Positions 1 through 11,000 of a DNA stretch of 64,000 nt are shown one piece after another. The notes under the pieces were generated by a model, which was not told the origin of the DNA, made no database searches, and saw only the letters and a list, made by a program, of their open reading frames with translations. A program made the position numbers and the translations under genes. Origin of the DNA: Cetorhinus maximus (Eukaryota); NCBI RefSeq assembly GCF_964194155.1, contig NC_135893.1:85622001-85686000 (forward strand), written 5' to 3'. The stretch's first letter is position 1. Every line of letters starts with the position of its first letter.

Positions 1-419
1 TGTGATTAAAATTGGGGATGCTCAAAAGGTCAGAATTAGTGGAGCACAGAGATCTTGGAGGTTTGCAGGGCTGGAGGAGATTACAGAGATTAGGAGGGGT
101 GAGGCCATGCAGGGATTTGAAAACAAAGATGACAATTTTAAAATTGAGGCATTGCTTAACTGGGAACCAGTGTACAATTCACATGGGAGAAGACCTTCCA
201 CTGAGGAGTGCAGCAAAAAAAAAGAGTCCAAACACTTGGTAGTCCCACCAGTTCATGCACCAACTCAGGGCGGCAAAAAACAATTCCAAGATCAGTAAGG
301 TAGGTCCCAATTCCAGTTTACTCTTCAGTCGGCTCTCTGGAATCTAGACACATGCACGGTCTAGGCAACTGATCAATTGCACAGGTGCAGAAGGACTGAT
401 ACATTTTGCAAGCAATCAT

Positions 420-910
420 TCTTCATCACTTCAAGTTATATCAAGAATAGAACCAACAAAGCCGACCACTGACCCTTATCATCCTCTCTTCCAGAAAGAA
501 CCAGCAACAAAGAGGCTCAAGTCAAGAGGCAGCTTCTTGAATACCGTCCAGCTCCTAGACTGTAACCCATAAAGCTGCTGCCTTGCTGATTTGTCAAGAC
601 ATCTACAGATGAAGGCACACGAGTTGTCTAATGATCCAGAGGAATCACTCCCACCAGGAGACATTGAAACATGGCCTATTTGTCTATATTTCAATTGCTT
701 TGGGACTATCAGCCACTGCAAAGCCCTGATGCAGAACTGGGGATACAGCCAAACAAATGCAGTAAACTGTGATAGCAGAGTCATCCCAAACAATGAAACA
801 TCTCCAGGATTGCCCTTTACTACCAGAGCCAGGCAGCCCTGATCTGAAGGTCTTCAACTCTCGAGTCAGAGTGTGGAACAGTGGCGAAAGAAGTGACACA
901 AGAAGACAAC
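420..910 (+). mobile_element. Degenerate 3' fragment of a Vingi/Ingi-like LINE
   Basis: The frame from 450 reads EPTKPTTDPYHPLFQKEPATKRLKSRGSFL...*...LPPGDIETW...CKALMQNWGY, then frameshifts to TMKHLQDCPLLPEP. This resembles the recalled Vingi ORF C-terminus (HPLF...RLKSR.SFL; LPPG...W; KWGY...CECG...T..HL..C). Confidence 0.6.
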
Positions 911-1794
911 ATATTCTTTGCTTTTGTAGCTGTTCAGTTAATTTTGGGCTTTGGTGACACTGGGAAATAGGCCTGAAATTTATAGACTTACTGGAATTTG
1001 AGAGTGTAAAGTTGATTTGTCATCTCTGTGAAGTGGAAGCCTGAAGTTTTTTCAGAACTGTGAAATGCAGAGCTGAGGTTTGACACAACTAGGAATGCAA
1101 GCCTTCACTCACTGGTGGGTTCCTGATCTCTGGCAGAACTGAGGGCAAGGGTATGACATGGGCCTAACCACACTGGATTTGGTAATCCATGACCTAGCAT
1201 TGGCTTGTGGCTATTAAAGAATCTCTATAGGCATTAAAGCCACGGCACTCTCAGGTGAACGTAAAAGATCCAATGGCACTATTTTGAAGAGCAGGGGACT
1301 TCACTTTGGTGTCCTGGTCAATATTTGTTAGTCAACCAAAATCACAAGGACAGATTTTTTTTAAAATTCTTTCACGGGATGTGGCCATTGCTGGCTAGGC
1401 CAGCATTTATTGCCTAACCCTAATTGCCCTTGAGAAGGTGGTGGTGAGCTGCCTTCTTGAACTGCTGCAGTCCATGTGGTATAAATACACCCACAGTGCT
1501 GTTAGGAAGGGAGTTCCAGGATTTTGACCCAGTACCAGTGAAGATCATTATAACTTTGTTTGTGGAAGCTTGCTGTGCAGAAATTGGTTGCTGCATTTAA
1601 TTCCTAAATTACAACAGTGACACTTAAAAAGTACTTCATTGGTTATAAAGCGCTTTGGGAATATTCTGAAGGTGTATAAGTTGTGATATAAATGCAAGTT
1701 TTTTTGAATGGCAGTAGATCTCTGACCACATCTCTTCTGTGTCTGACTAGTAATTCTCTCTCTCTGCGCTATCCCTCTCTCTCAGCTGTATTGC

Positions 1795-1845
1795 TCTGTT
1801 GGAGTTGTAACTCTCTGGGAGCTGTAACTCTGAAGTGTAGTTCCG
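1795..1845 (-). promoter_or_regulatory. Tandem degenerate ACTACA..TCCCA (ZNF143/THAP11-like) motifs just upstream of the EIF2AK1 ATG
   Basis: Plus strand reads TTGGAGTTGTAACTC, CTGGGAGCTGTAACTC, TGAAGTGTAGTTCC: three imperfect reverse-complement copies. Confidence 0.45.
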
Positions 1846-1867
1846 GTTCTAGCACAATCTGCCACGG

Positions 1868-2039
1868 ATGTGCTGCCGGGCCTTTCTCGCCTTCATGGAG
1901 AGCGAAGCGAGTATAAACGGGCGCTCCCGGGACTTGGGCTCCGGCGTCTCCACCCCGCGGAGCTCTAGCGACGACTTGCAGCAACCCCGGTCCAAGCTGA
2001 CCTTCAGCCTCCCGCAGGAAGGCCCAGCTACTTTCGATG
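1868..2039 (+). CDS. EIF2AK1: EIF2AK1 exon 1
   Basis: GC/CpG-rich [18 protein letters not shown]...PATFD ending at G|gtaagt (phase 1), in frame with exon 2 (ESD). Confidence 0.8.
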
Positions 2040-5000
2040 GTAAGTGCCGGTTGCCGGCTGACCCAGCGCCGGTTTCTGATGCAACCTGTGCCCAGATACT
2101 GGATCTAGGCTCAAATCCAACCTCACCTTCCCCTATGACTCTGGGCAGCCCCCTGAGGCCGTACATCTAGCAGAATGGTGCAATGCAGTCATATAATGAT
2201 AAGAGTGTAGTAGAAGACCATTCAGCCCATCGTGCTACGTTAGCTCTCCGAAAGTTATGGTGAACCGTTATAAAACACTGATTCAGCCTCAACAGAATAT
2301 TGAGTCCAATTCTGAGCATCACACTTGAAGACATTAATGAGGTTGCAGAGAAGATTCACGACAGTGGTTCCAGGATGAGGGACTTCAGTTACATGGATTG
2401 ATTGGAGAAGCTCTTCTCCTTAGAGAAGAGAAGGTGGTAGAAGGGTCGAGAATCAGAGGGCAGTAATTTAAGGTGATTGGCAAAAGTACCAAAGGCAAAA
2501 TGAGGAAAAACTTTGATTAGGATCTGGAGTACATTGCCGAGAGTGTGGTGGAGGCAGATTCAATTGTGGCTTTCAAAGGGGAATTGGATAAGCAGTTAAA
2601 GGGGAAAAAATTTGCAGGGCTATGGGGAAAGGTTGGGGGAATGGGACTAGCTAAAGTGCTCTTGCAGAGGACTGGATGGGCTGAATGGCCTCCATCTGTA
2701 CAATGACTGTGATTCTATGAGTTATCCACTGCATCTCACTCCTCCCCACCTTCCTGCTCTTTCCTCATATCTCTGCAAATGCTTTCTTTTCAAATATATA
2801 ACCAGTTTCTCTTTTGAAAGTTATGCTGAATTTGATTTTAAAAATCCTCATCTCTCTTCTCTGATACTTCTTTAATTATCTTAAACTTATGACCTCTGGT
2901 TTCCCACCCTCTTGCCACTGAAAACAGAATGGATTTTTAAGAGCCTTCTCAACTTGCCCTGCCACCTTCAAAGGTTTGGGTAGACCCTCACCACACCAAC
3001 ACCTTCCCACAGGTCTCTGCTCCTGCAAACCACCCCCCAACTTGAAAATTGTACCTTTCACAAGTGCGAGCTGTTAGAAAAATAAACTTGCATTTCTGTA
3101 GCGCCTTTCATGACCTCAGGATATCCCAGTACCTTTTTTCTAAAGCATAGTTACTGTTGTAACATCATGAACCATGGTAGCCAGTTTGCATACAGCTCTT
3201 GTATAACCTGGTATATAGTTTTTGAAAACTTAAAGAAAATACTATTTTGATTGTATTTTCCCCCTTTCCTTTAATTGCAGAATCCGACCTGATGCTGGAG
3301 TGTGGTTTGGATCGTAACCGAACAGTTCCAACGCTGATGGATTTTACAGTTGCCATTCCTAACCAGCTATTGTTGGTTTCACTCCTGGAACATCTCTGCT
3401 TTGTCTATGAGCGCAATCCTCAACGCTCCATGAGCCTGTTTAAGTGTAAGTCACAACAAGTGTTGGACTGTTGAGTAATCTAGCTGAAGAACAAGGCGGC
3501 CCCTGAGCTCAAAAGAGGGCAGGGTGGAAGAAGATGTTTTAAAGAGCCTGAAGATTGTGGTAGGAAGAGAAAATTGAAGAAGCTAAGCTCCCACAGTGCT
3601 GCCAATGAATTAGCATAAGGGATAGAATCATAGGGTGATGTAATAAATGTAGTGAAGCTACAGGGAAGATGAATTAATGCTAATTAGCGTAATGCAAATG
3701 TGAAAACTGTTTCGTAAACGAAAACCACAGGTGTTGTAATTTGAATCTTTGTAACCTCTTCCAGCCCTACAACCCTCCAGTATATCTGTGCTCCTCCAGT
3801 TCTGCCATAGATCTCTTGGAGAAATGGCCTGTTCCTGTGTAGTAAAATTCTATGTAATTTCAGAGAAGTGAAGTATTTTATTTTAGAAAGAAGCTTTTAC
3901 ACCCAGAATTGATATTTATCTTGGTCATCCAAAACTCTACTGTTTGTATTCTAACTCCCAAGTCCCATTCATCCATCACCCCTGTGCTTGCTGACCTACA
4001 ATCACTCTCAGTCCGAAAATGCCTTTATTTTGAAATTCTGATTCTTGTGTACAAATTCCTCCGTAGCCTTGCTCTGTAACCTCCTCCAGCACTGTGTGTT
4101 AGCGTGGTTCAGTTGTTAACACTCACTCCTCTGAATCACCAAGGTTCTGGGTTCAAGTCCTACTCCGGGGCTTGAGTATAAAAATCACTTCAATACAGTA
4201 CTGAGGGATTGCTGCATTGTTGGAGGTGCCATCTTTCGAATGAGACGTTATAAACCGAGGCCCCACCTCCTTGTTCAGATGGCTATTAAAGATCTCAGCA
4301 TTATTGTGAAGAAGAGCAAGGGAGTTATCCCTGGTGTCCTGGCCAATACTTATCCCTCAATCTATAATCACAAAATTTAGATTTCCTGGTCATTATCACA
4401 TTGCTGTTTGTAGGAGTTTGCTGACTGCATGTTGGCTGCTACATTTCCTATATTACAACAGTAATCACACTTCAAAAACTACCTCATTGGTTGTGAAGTG
4501 ATTTGAGATATCCGGCATTCATGAAAAGTGCTATATAAATGTAAATCTTTTTTTCTACCGAGATTTTTTTTCAAGATCTCTATGCTTCTTGAATTTTGGG
4601 CTCTTCTGCATCTTCAATTTTCATTGTCCTCCATTGGCAACTGTACCTTTAGCTGCCTGGGCCATAAGCTCTAATTTCCTTCCCAAAACTCCCTGTCCCT
4701 CTCTCCTCCTTTAAATCACTCCTTAAAGCCAACCCCTTTGACCAACCTTTTGGTCATTTGACCTATAATCCCCTTACATGGCAAGGTGTCATGTTTGTCT
4801 TGTCTGATAACACACCGGTGAAACATCTTGGGGTGTTTTACTACATTAAAACTGCTATATAATGTAAATGTAATGTAATGTTGTTGATTGCTGCTGGTAT
4901 TATATACTAAGTTAGGAAATGAATATGACTGTCTGTTGTGCAGCTGTTTCTTCAGTTAATACTTCCATCCAAACCCTCTTCCTTTGCGTCAGCCTGGCTC

Positions 5001-8000
5001 AGTTGGTAGCACTCTCGCCTCTGAGTCACAAGGTCATGAGTTCAAGTGCCGTACCAGGGAGTACAAAAACCTTGGCTGATACTCCCAGTGCTGCACTGAG
5101 GGAGTGCTACACTATTGGAGGTGCTGTCTTTTGGATGAAACATTAAACTGAGGTCCTCTCAGCTAGGTGTAAAAGATTCCATGGCACTATTCGAAGAAGA
5201 GCAGGGTAGTTATTCCCAGTATCCTGGCCAATATTTATCCCTCCATTGGCATCACTAAATAAAATATGATTATCTGGCCATTTTCACATCTGTTTGCAGG
5301 AACTTGCTGGGCATGAATTGGCTGCCCACTTTCCTTACATTACAACAATGACTACACTTCAAAAGTACGTAAATTATTTTAGGATGTCCTGAGGTCATGA
5401 AAGGTGCTATATAAATGCAAGTCTGTCTCTGTCTTTTTCAGTGCTGTGTCAAAAACTAGCGGGATTGCACTTGATTTCACCAATCACCTTCAGTGATGAG
5501 TTTAGCACTGTGAGGCTGCAGCACAATCAGGCCTTTACAAACCTGCTACAAGCAGCAAACAATGGCTTGATTCGACAGGTGAGTACAATGCCAGCTGATG
5601 TTTTACTTTTCAGAGGCTTATATAATCTTTGAACGTAAGACCGTACATTTCTATTGTCCCTTCCAAAACCCCAGGACCTTGCAAAGTGCTTTACATCCAA
5701 CTAAGTACTTTTTGAATTGTTGTTTTTAATGCAGGAAATACAGCAGCCAATTTGCATACAGCAAGCTCCCATAAACAGCAGTGTGATAATATCCAGATAA
5801 TCTGTTTAGCGATGTTGGTTGAAGGATCACAAAAAAGTTAGTATGTAGGTACGGTAAGTGATTAAGAGCCAAATAGAATGTTGGCATTTATTGCAAGGGG
5901 AATGGAATATAAAGTAGGGAAGTTTTACTGCAGCTGTACAGAGCCTTGGTGGGTCCACATCTGGAATACAACATAAGTTTTGGTCTCCTTATTTGAAAAA
6001 AGATATAATTGTGTTAGAGGCAGAGAAGGTTCACCCAACTCATTCCTGAGATAGGGGTGAGCTTATCCTATGAAGAAAGGTGGAACAGGTTGGTCCTATA
6101 CCCATGGGAGTTTAGAAGAATGAGAGGTGATCTTATTGAAACATAAGATCCTGAGGAGACTTGATAGGGTTGATACTGGGAAAATGTTTCCCCTTGTTGA
6201 GGGGACTGGAACTAGAGGACACAGGTTAAGAATGAGGGGCTGAATTTTACATGTTCCCAGTGGGTGTGATGCTTGGAACGGGGGCACATAAAATAGGGTG
6301 GGTTCCCATCCCACCACCGTCCTGCCACCCCTGAACACACCTCTATAGTATGAGGAGGAGGAGGAGGAGGAGGAGGAGGGGGGGAAGGGAGGGGAGGGGG
6401 GGTAGGGGGGGGAGGGGGGGTAGGGGGGGGAGGGGGGGGTAGGGGGGGGAGGGGGGGGTAGGGGGGGGAGGGGGGAGTAGGGGGGGGAGGGGGGGAAGGG
6501 GGGTAGGGGAGGGGGGGAAGGGGGGTGGGGGAGGGGGGGGAGGGGGGTAGGGGAGGGGGGGTAGGGGGGGAGGGGGGGGAAGGGGGGTAGGGGAGGGGGG
6601 AAGGGGGGTAGGGGAGGGGGGGAAGGGGGGAAGGGGGTAGGGGGGGAGGGGGGGAAGGGGGGAGGGGGGGGAGGGGGGGAGGGGGGGAAGGGGGGGAGGG
6701 AGGGGGAAGGGGGGTAGGGGAGGGGGGGAAGGGGGGTAGGGGGGGGAGGGGGGGAAGGGGGGTAGGGGAGGGGGGAAGGGGGGTAGGGGAGGGGGGGGAA
6801 GGGGGGGTAGGGGGGGGGAGGGGGGGAAGGGGGGTAGGGGAGGGGGGGAAGGGGGGTAGGGGGGAGGGGGGGAAGGGGGGGTAGGGGGGAGGGGGGGAAG
6901 GGGGGTAGGGGGAGGGGAAGGGGGGGTAGGGGGGGAGGGGGGGAAGGGGGGGGAGGGGGGGAAGGGGGGGGAAGGGGGAGGGGAGGGGGGGAGGGGGAGG
7001 GGGGGGAAGGGGGGTAGGGAGGGGGGGAAGGGGGGGGAAGGGGGGTAGGGGAGGGGGGGAAGGGGGGGGAAGGAGGGTAGGGGAGGGGGGAAGCGGGGGA
7101 AGGGGGGTAGGGGAGGGGGGAAGGGGGGGGGTAGCTCCATATTTAAATGAACAATTAAGGGTCAATTAGACTTGTATCAAGCCAATTGACCCTGATATTA
7201 TGCTGCCCACGCTATAAAACATTGGCTGTGAGCAACAGGGCAGGAGCAGGAAGCCCAATTTTTCACCTCAAGTAGTTAAAGGGCGGGAAGGGAACGGAGT
7301 GGGGGGGGAAGGAACGGAGTGGGGTGTTGCTCTTTGGGGGCTGCCCTTTGCTGATCATGAGACAGCCCCCCCCCGCCCCCCCCCTCAGGTTGAACCCCCC
7401 CCACTTCCTTCCTACCTGCTCCCTCCCTTAAACCCACCCCCAACCCTTGTCCCTCTCCCTAACTTACCCAAACCTTCCCAGCCCAAGACTCGGTCTTACT
7501 TGCTCCAGGGATCCAAGGCCTTGGGGTCCTTTCTTCTCCAGGAGTCCCGGCAGCGGTCACTGGCCTTCCTGGCGCTGTTCGGACAATCTGATTGGCCAGC
7601 AGCTCCAGAGGAGGGACTTCCACCCCGATGAGGAGCAGAAGTCCCACTCGGCCCTGGTTTATCAGCCCCACAGTGCTTTATGGCTGCGGTGGGTTGGCAT
7701 GGAGGTGTGGTGGAAGTCCCTCCCTCTGGAGCTGCTGGCCAATCAGATTGTCCCAACAATGCCAGCAAGGCATCAGTGGCCTTTGTTGGGATTCCTGGAG
7801 AAGAGAGGACCCCAAGGCCTTGGAGCTCCAGGCCAACGTGGTTCTGGTGGGGAGCGGGGTGTGTGTGTACTGTCTGCCTCCACCATCCCCCCCATATTAT
7901 TCCACCCAAAGTCTCCCTTTTAAGGCTGAGATCAGGAGATTTTATTTTCTGTCAGGGGGTCGTTAGTATGTTAGTATGCAGATGACACAAAGATAGGTAG

Positions 8001-11000
8001 GAAAGTATGTTGTGAAGAGGACATGAGGAGGTTGCAGATGGATATAGGTTGAGTGAGCAGGCAGAGATCTGGCAAATGGAGTTTAATGTGGGAAAATGTG
8101 AAGTTCTTCACTTTGGCAGGAAGAACAAAAAAGAAGAGTATTACTTAAATGGAGAACGGCTGCGTAATTGAGGTGCAGAAGGATCTAGGTGTTCTAGTAC
8201 GAGTCACAAAAAGTTAATGTGCAGGTACAACAAGTAATTAAGAAGGCTAATGGAATGCTATCCTTTATTACGAGAGGGATTGAACATAAAAGTAAGGATG
8301 TTATGCTTCAGTTATACAGGACATTGGTGAGACCACACCTCGAATACCGTGTGCAGTTTTGGTCTCCTTATTTAAGGAAGGATGTAAATGCATTGGAGGC
8401 AGTTCAAAGGAGGTTTACTAGATTGACACCTGGAATGAGTGGGTTGTCTTATGAGGAAAGGTTGGATAGACTGGGCTTATTTTCACTGGAGTTTAAAAGA
8501 GTGAGGTGTGATTTGATTGACATATACAAGATCCTGAACGGTCTTGACAAGGTGGACGTCGAAAGGATGTTTCCTCTTGTGGGTGAGTCCAGAACTAGGG
8601 GGCACTGTTTTAAAATGAAGGGTCGCCCTTTTAGGACAGAGGTGAAGGAAATTTTTTCTGAGGGTTGTGTGACTTTGGAATTCGCTGTCTCAGAAGGTGG
8701 TGGGGGCGGGGTCAGTGAATATTTTTAAGGCAGAGGTAGATAGATTCTTGTTAGGCAAGGGAATCAAAGGTTATCGGGGTTAGATGGGAATGTTTAAATT
8801 GAAACCAAGAAGATCAGCCATGATCTTATTGAATGGTGGAGCAGGCTTGAGGGGCTGAATGGCCTACTCCTGTTGCTATTTCTTATGTTCTTATGTGGAG
8901 TTCTCTACCCCTGAAAGCAGTGGAGGCTGGATCATTGTATTTATTCAAGGCTGAGTTACAGATTTTTGTTAGGCAAGGGTGTCAAGGGTTATTGGGGGGC
9001 AGATAGGAAAGTAGAATTGAGACCACAACCAGATCAGCCATGATCTTATTGAATGGTGGAGCAGGCTTGAAGGACTGAATGGCCTACTCGTGCTCCTGAG
9101 CCCAATGTTCCTATGTTCCAGGATACCAGGGATAACACCTCTGTTCAAAGTAGTGGCATAGGTCCTGTTATGTCCAGTTGAGGGGGCAGACAGGGCCTTG
9201 GTTTACATCTCACCTTAAACATGGCATCTCTGACGGAGCAGCATTCCCCCAGTACTCTGCTGAGAGTGTCAGCCTAAATCATGTAGTTCAGTCTCTGGAG
9301 TGGGACTTGAACCAGATTAACTGGTCATTCAACTTGTGTGTGGGATCTTGTTGTGCACAAATTGGCTCTAGTAATTGCCAACAATAAAAGTTCAGAAATT
9401 GGCTGTGAAGCCAACTGTAGCTGATTCAGATTAGGATGTGGATTGAAACTTCCTGGATCCAAATGCCTGAGCGTAGCACCTCATGGTGCATCTACCATGT
9501 GAGTGGAAGCTTGGCCTGCAGAAATCTCCTGGGGTTCCGTTCCCCTTGCCACTATGTACAAGCAGTAGCATAATTGGTTCAGTCTAGCAAATATTAGCCC
9601 CATATGCACTTTTTTTTTGGAGCAGGTATTGTGTTGGGCCACAGTCTTGAACCAGCATGTCATCCTGTTAAGGATCTGTTGTCATATTTAGGAGGGAGAG
9701 ACAGTGGGAAATTGGGAAAACCTAGCAAAGAGATGGAAAGATTTTCACTGAGAAGCCTCCAGCTGAGGGTAATGTTGGCATAGTTGTTGAGAGTTGAGCT
9801 GTTTGGATTGCATTGAACAAAGTCTGCGTGGATTGCAGTGAATGAGGGGGGTGAAAGCTTATTGGGGATAGGTAATAATTGAAGTTGAGGTTAAAATCAG
9901 ATCAGTCATGATCTTATTGATTGGCGGTACAGGCTTGAGCGGTCGAGTGGCTTACTCCTGCTTCTGGTTCATATGTCTGTATGTTCTAATTCACATTGCC
10001 TTTCTGTTTTTTAGGGACATGCTACCAATGGAGATATACCTGCCCCTATGTCCTACAGGTATGTGATGAATGCGGTGGGTACGGGAGTGCAGTGGTTATG
10101 TTACTGGGCTAATAATGCAGAGGTGAGAGTTCAGGTCCCACCACAGGTAGTTTAAGAATCCGAATTCAGTTATGTTTTAAACTCTGGAAATAAAACACTG
10201 GTGTCAGTAAAACTGACCATGAAGCTTTCGGATTGTCGATTAAACGTCCAACTGTTTCACTAAGGTCCTAATAGGGAAGGAAACCTGTCGGCCTTACCCA
10301 GCCTGGGCCCATATTTGAGAGTCCAGTCACACACCAATGTGGTGGAGTCTTAACTGCCCTTTGATGTTGCCTAGCAAGTCACTCAGTTGTATTGAAGCTA
10401 ACTCAGGGATGGACAATAAATTCTGGCCTTGCCTGTGACACCCACTTCACAAGCTTGATTTTTTTTAAAAATGTGGTTGCGCAACATTACTGTAGACTAA
10501 TTATTTAGAATGTATTAACTAGAATATTGTAAACTGAAGTGTTGCTTTTTGCTCTGTGCTCAGAGCAAAGGAAACCCTGTTCCAGAGACAGACATCTCGC
10601 TATCGCAATGAATTTGAAGAGACCGAAATACTGGGAAAAGGTAGTTACGGAGAAGTCTATAAGGTTTGTGGCAAAATCTTTCATTCTGATTCTAGATTCT
10701 AATTCTGGTCTAAGTAAAAGTTGTACGTTTGTAAATCAGAAAAAGTAATTCATGGAACTATCCTTCCCTTCACCCACAAGCATATTAAAGCTCCCATGAG
10801 CTGACATAAGCCTGAAGGTACAGAACATCTCCTGCATGGCACTGTCTCTTTTTTCAGTGGGAGATGACAAGGGGAAAAAAGTTTGAAACCTCATACATCA
10901 AAACAGAAAAAAGGCCATTCAGTCCGTCAAACCTGTTCTGCTGTTCAGTTAGATCATAGCTGTTCTGTATCTTAACTCCGTTTACCCGCCTTGGTCCCTT

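Noticed and set aside
1849-2166. Antisense ORFs over EIF2AK1 exon 1
   Set aside because: Shadows of a GC-rich first exon with no independent support.
4988-5060. tRNA-like A/B boxes (also near 42600 and 47957)
   Set aside because: These are SINE heads continuing into the SINE body, not tRNA genes.
6212-7165. 317-aa and 265-aa proline-rich ORFs (formin- or extensin-like)
   Set aside because: They are translations of the C-rich strand of the G-run tract, which lacks stop codons; there is no exon structure or domain.
7299-7985. Cluster of overlapping 100-158 aa ORFs on both strands
   Set aside because: Products of a GC-rich inverted repeat; the same peptides appear on both strands.
8219-8728. 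RT-like ORFs as active or domesticated genes (also 15210-15890 and 26516-28908)
   Set aside because: All are truncated or frameshifted CR1 fragments; no intact ORF2 is present.
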